Assembly (NCBI GenBank): GCA_049509455.1
Contig: JBEKZX010000020.1
Span: forward strand, 1-24,067
Length of the DNA stretch: 24,067 nucleotides
Direction of reading: 5' to 3'
From: Conexivisphaerales archaeon
GTDB lineage: Archaea; Thermoproteota; Nitrososphaeria; Conexivisphaerales; DTJL01
Position numbers and translations under genes: made by a program. Below are positions 23,279 through 24,067 of this stretch, piece after piece (positions within the stretch are counted from its first letter, which is position 1; every line of letters begins with the position of its first letter). Under the pieces are notes generated by a model. The model saw only the letters and a list, made by a program, of their open reading frames with translations, searched no databases and was not told where the DNA came from.

Positions 23279-23758
23279 TCACCCTAAGATATCGCTCAAC
23301 AGTTCCCTGATCACCGGACCCGGTGGGGGGCAACCCGGTATCACGTAGTCGACCTTGACGTACTTGGAGAGTGGCTCCACCTTGTCAAGAAGCTCGGGAA
23401 TGCCGTCGGTGGGCGTCCTGTCGCCATATGCCCTGGCCAGCAACTCCTCGGGCGTGAAGAGGTTCCCCAAGCCGGGCATTGCGCCGGTGCTTGGGCAACT
23501 GCCGAACGAGACGAGGATCTTCGACTTCTTCCTAGCAGCCTCAACCCTTTCGAGGTCATGCTTAGTCCTTACCACGCCTATCACGAATGTAACGTCGGCT
23601 TGGTCGAAATCAGTGGTACTGGCCAACACGGGTGCATAGACGAGATCGACGCTCTTGTCCAACAACTTTAGCAGGCCGATGCCAAGATCAGCCAAAGCGA
23701 TTTCACATCCGCCGCAGATGGCGCAATCTTCGATCGCGAGTTTTGCTTTAGCCGCCAT
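23279..23758 (-). CDS. [NiFe]-hydrogenase small subunit, short HoxY-type (proximal cluster only)
   Basis: CAICGGCE, FGSCP and IPGCPP motifs. 159 aa, with no Tat signal and no medial/distal cluster domain. Confidence 0.93.
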   Translation of the reverse strand: MAAKAKLAIEDCAICGGCEIALADLGIGLLKLLDKSVDLVYAPVLASTTDFDQADVTFVIGVVRTKHDLERVEAARKKSKILVSFGSCPSTGAMPGLGNLFTPEELLARAYGDRTPTDGIPELLDKVEPLSKYVKVDYVIPGCPPPGPVIRELLSDILG

Positions 23759-23845
23759 AACCTTTGACTTCCTTTGTGAATCGTCGTTGCTCTAATAAGT
23801 CTAACCTACTGGTAATATTTACAGACTTTGCGAGCAAGGAGACAA

Positions 23846-23884
23846 TGATAGAGTAATTATAGAATATCGATAACGATTTTATAG
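23846..23884. repeat. Four phased hexamers at 11-bp spacing upstream of the hydrogenase operon
   Basis: TGATAG 23846, TTATAG 23857, CGATAA 23868 and TTATAG 23879. Confidence 0.6.
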
Positions 23885-23963
23885 GCAGCATGATGACATC
23901 AAGAGCGCGTTCAGTTAGGCTCGTCCAAACGCTTAAAGCCGATGGAGAAGCTTTGTCAGATTG

Positions 23964-24067
23964 ATGCCCTCCGTAAGGTCCGTCCTTCTTTCGATGGCCG
24001 GAGTGGCCTTGGCGCTCGTTCTTGCCCGGTACACGGCCAAGTACCAGTACGGCATCTTGTGGGGGCT
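23964..24067 (+). CDS. Membrane or secreted protein, 3' partial
   Basis: MPSVRSVLLSMAGVALALVLARYTAKYQYGILWG is open to the window edge. TTAAAG at 23933-23938 gives leaderless spacing to TTG 23961/ATG 23964. Confidence 0.6.
   Translation, partial: MPSVRSVLLSMAGVALALVLARYTAKYQYGILWG

Noticed and set aside
589-23639. Numerous overlapping or antisense ORFs in the track (e.g. 1174-1884, 7352-8113, 13073-13654, 18925-19527, 19990-20766, 21202-21768)
   Set aside because: Shadow frames of well-supported genes in GC-rich DNA, with no recognisable motifs.
21859-23758. Selenocysteine-containing ([NiFeSe]) hydrogenase or Sec in TusA
   Set aside because: The L2 motif is DPCISC with Cys codons. The TGA stops of the small subunit and TusA are followed by a new RBS/start or a quick second stop, not by conserved sequence.
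23890-23942. C/D box sRNA (ATGATGA ... CCGA)
   Set aside because: No recognisable D'/C' boxes or CTGA, and it overlaps the TATA of the downstream gene.
1-24067. CRISPR array, rRNA, tRNA, transposase or integrase
   Set aside because: No regularly spaced repeats, cloverleafs, rRNA signatures or DDE/tyrosine-recombinase motifs were seen.

Overview
GC-rich archaeal window. Gene order and content suggest a Nitrososphaerota/Thaumarchaeota-like, probably non-ammonia-oxidising lineage (inference, no search run). Positions 1-7031 hold the conserved archaeal translation/transcription cluster: ndk, aIF5B, rpS6e, aIF2-gamma, PIN nuclease, rpoE1, spt4, dephospho-CoA kinase, rpS24e and rpS27ae. An unexplained ~370-410 nt antisense interval (about 5967-6375) sits inside this cluster. 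It folds by hand into a large structured RNA with paired ends, a multi-hairpin junction, a long interrupted helix, a U-free single-stranded tract and an H-type pseudoknot, and it does not fit RNase P, SRP or canonical tmRNA motifs. Positions 7028-13453 encode a nucleotidyltransferase-kinase fusion, an HExxH protein, an AN1-M50 protease, NnrE, a Nif3-like protein, a DUF62 enzyme lacking its usual catalytic His, and a short YgjP-like protein. Positions 13759-23758 form an accessory redox island. One part is a sulfur-relay/Mo-cofactor-type set (XdhC, TusA, split YeeE, ribokinase-like protein, DUF3343, NapH-like and DsbD_2-like membrane proteins). The other is an unusual [NiFe]-hydrogenase operon in which a group 3-type HoxYH/MvhA-like core is joined to a Tat-exported four-cluster ferredoxin and a cytochrome b-ferredoxin fusion. 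No CRISPR array, tRNA, rRNA or transposase was seen. All product calls come from motif recognition and all RNA folding was done by eye.
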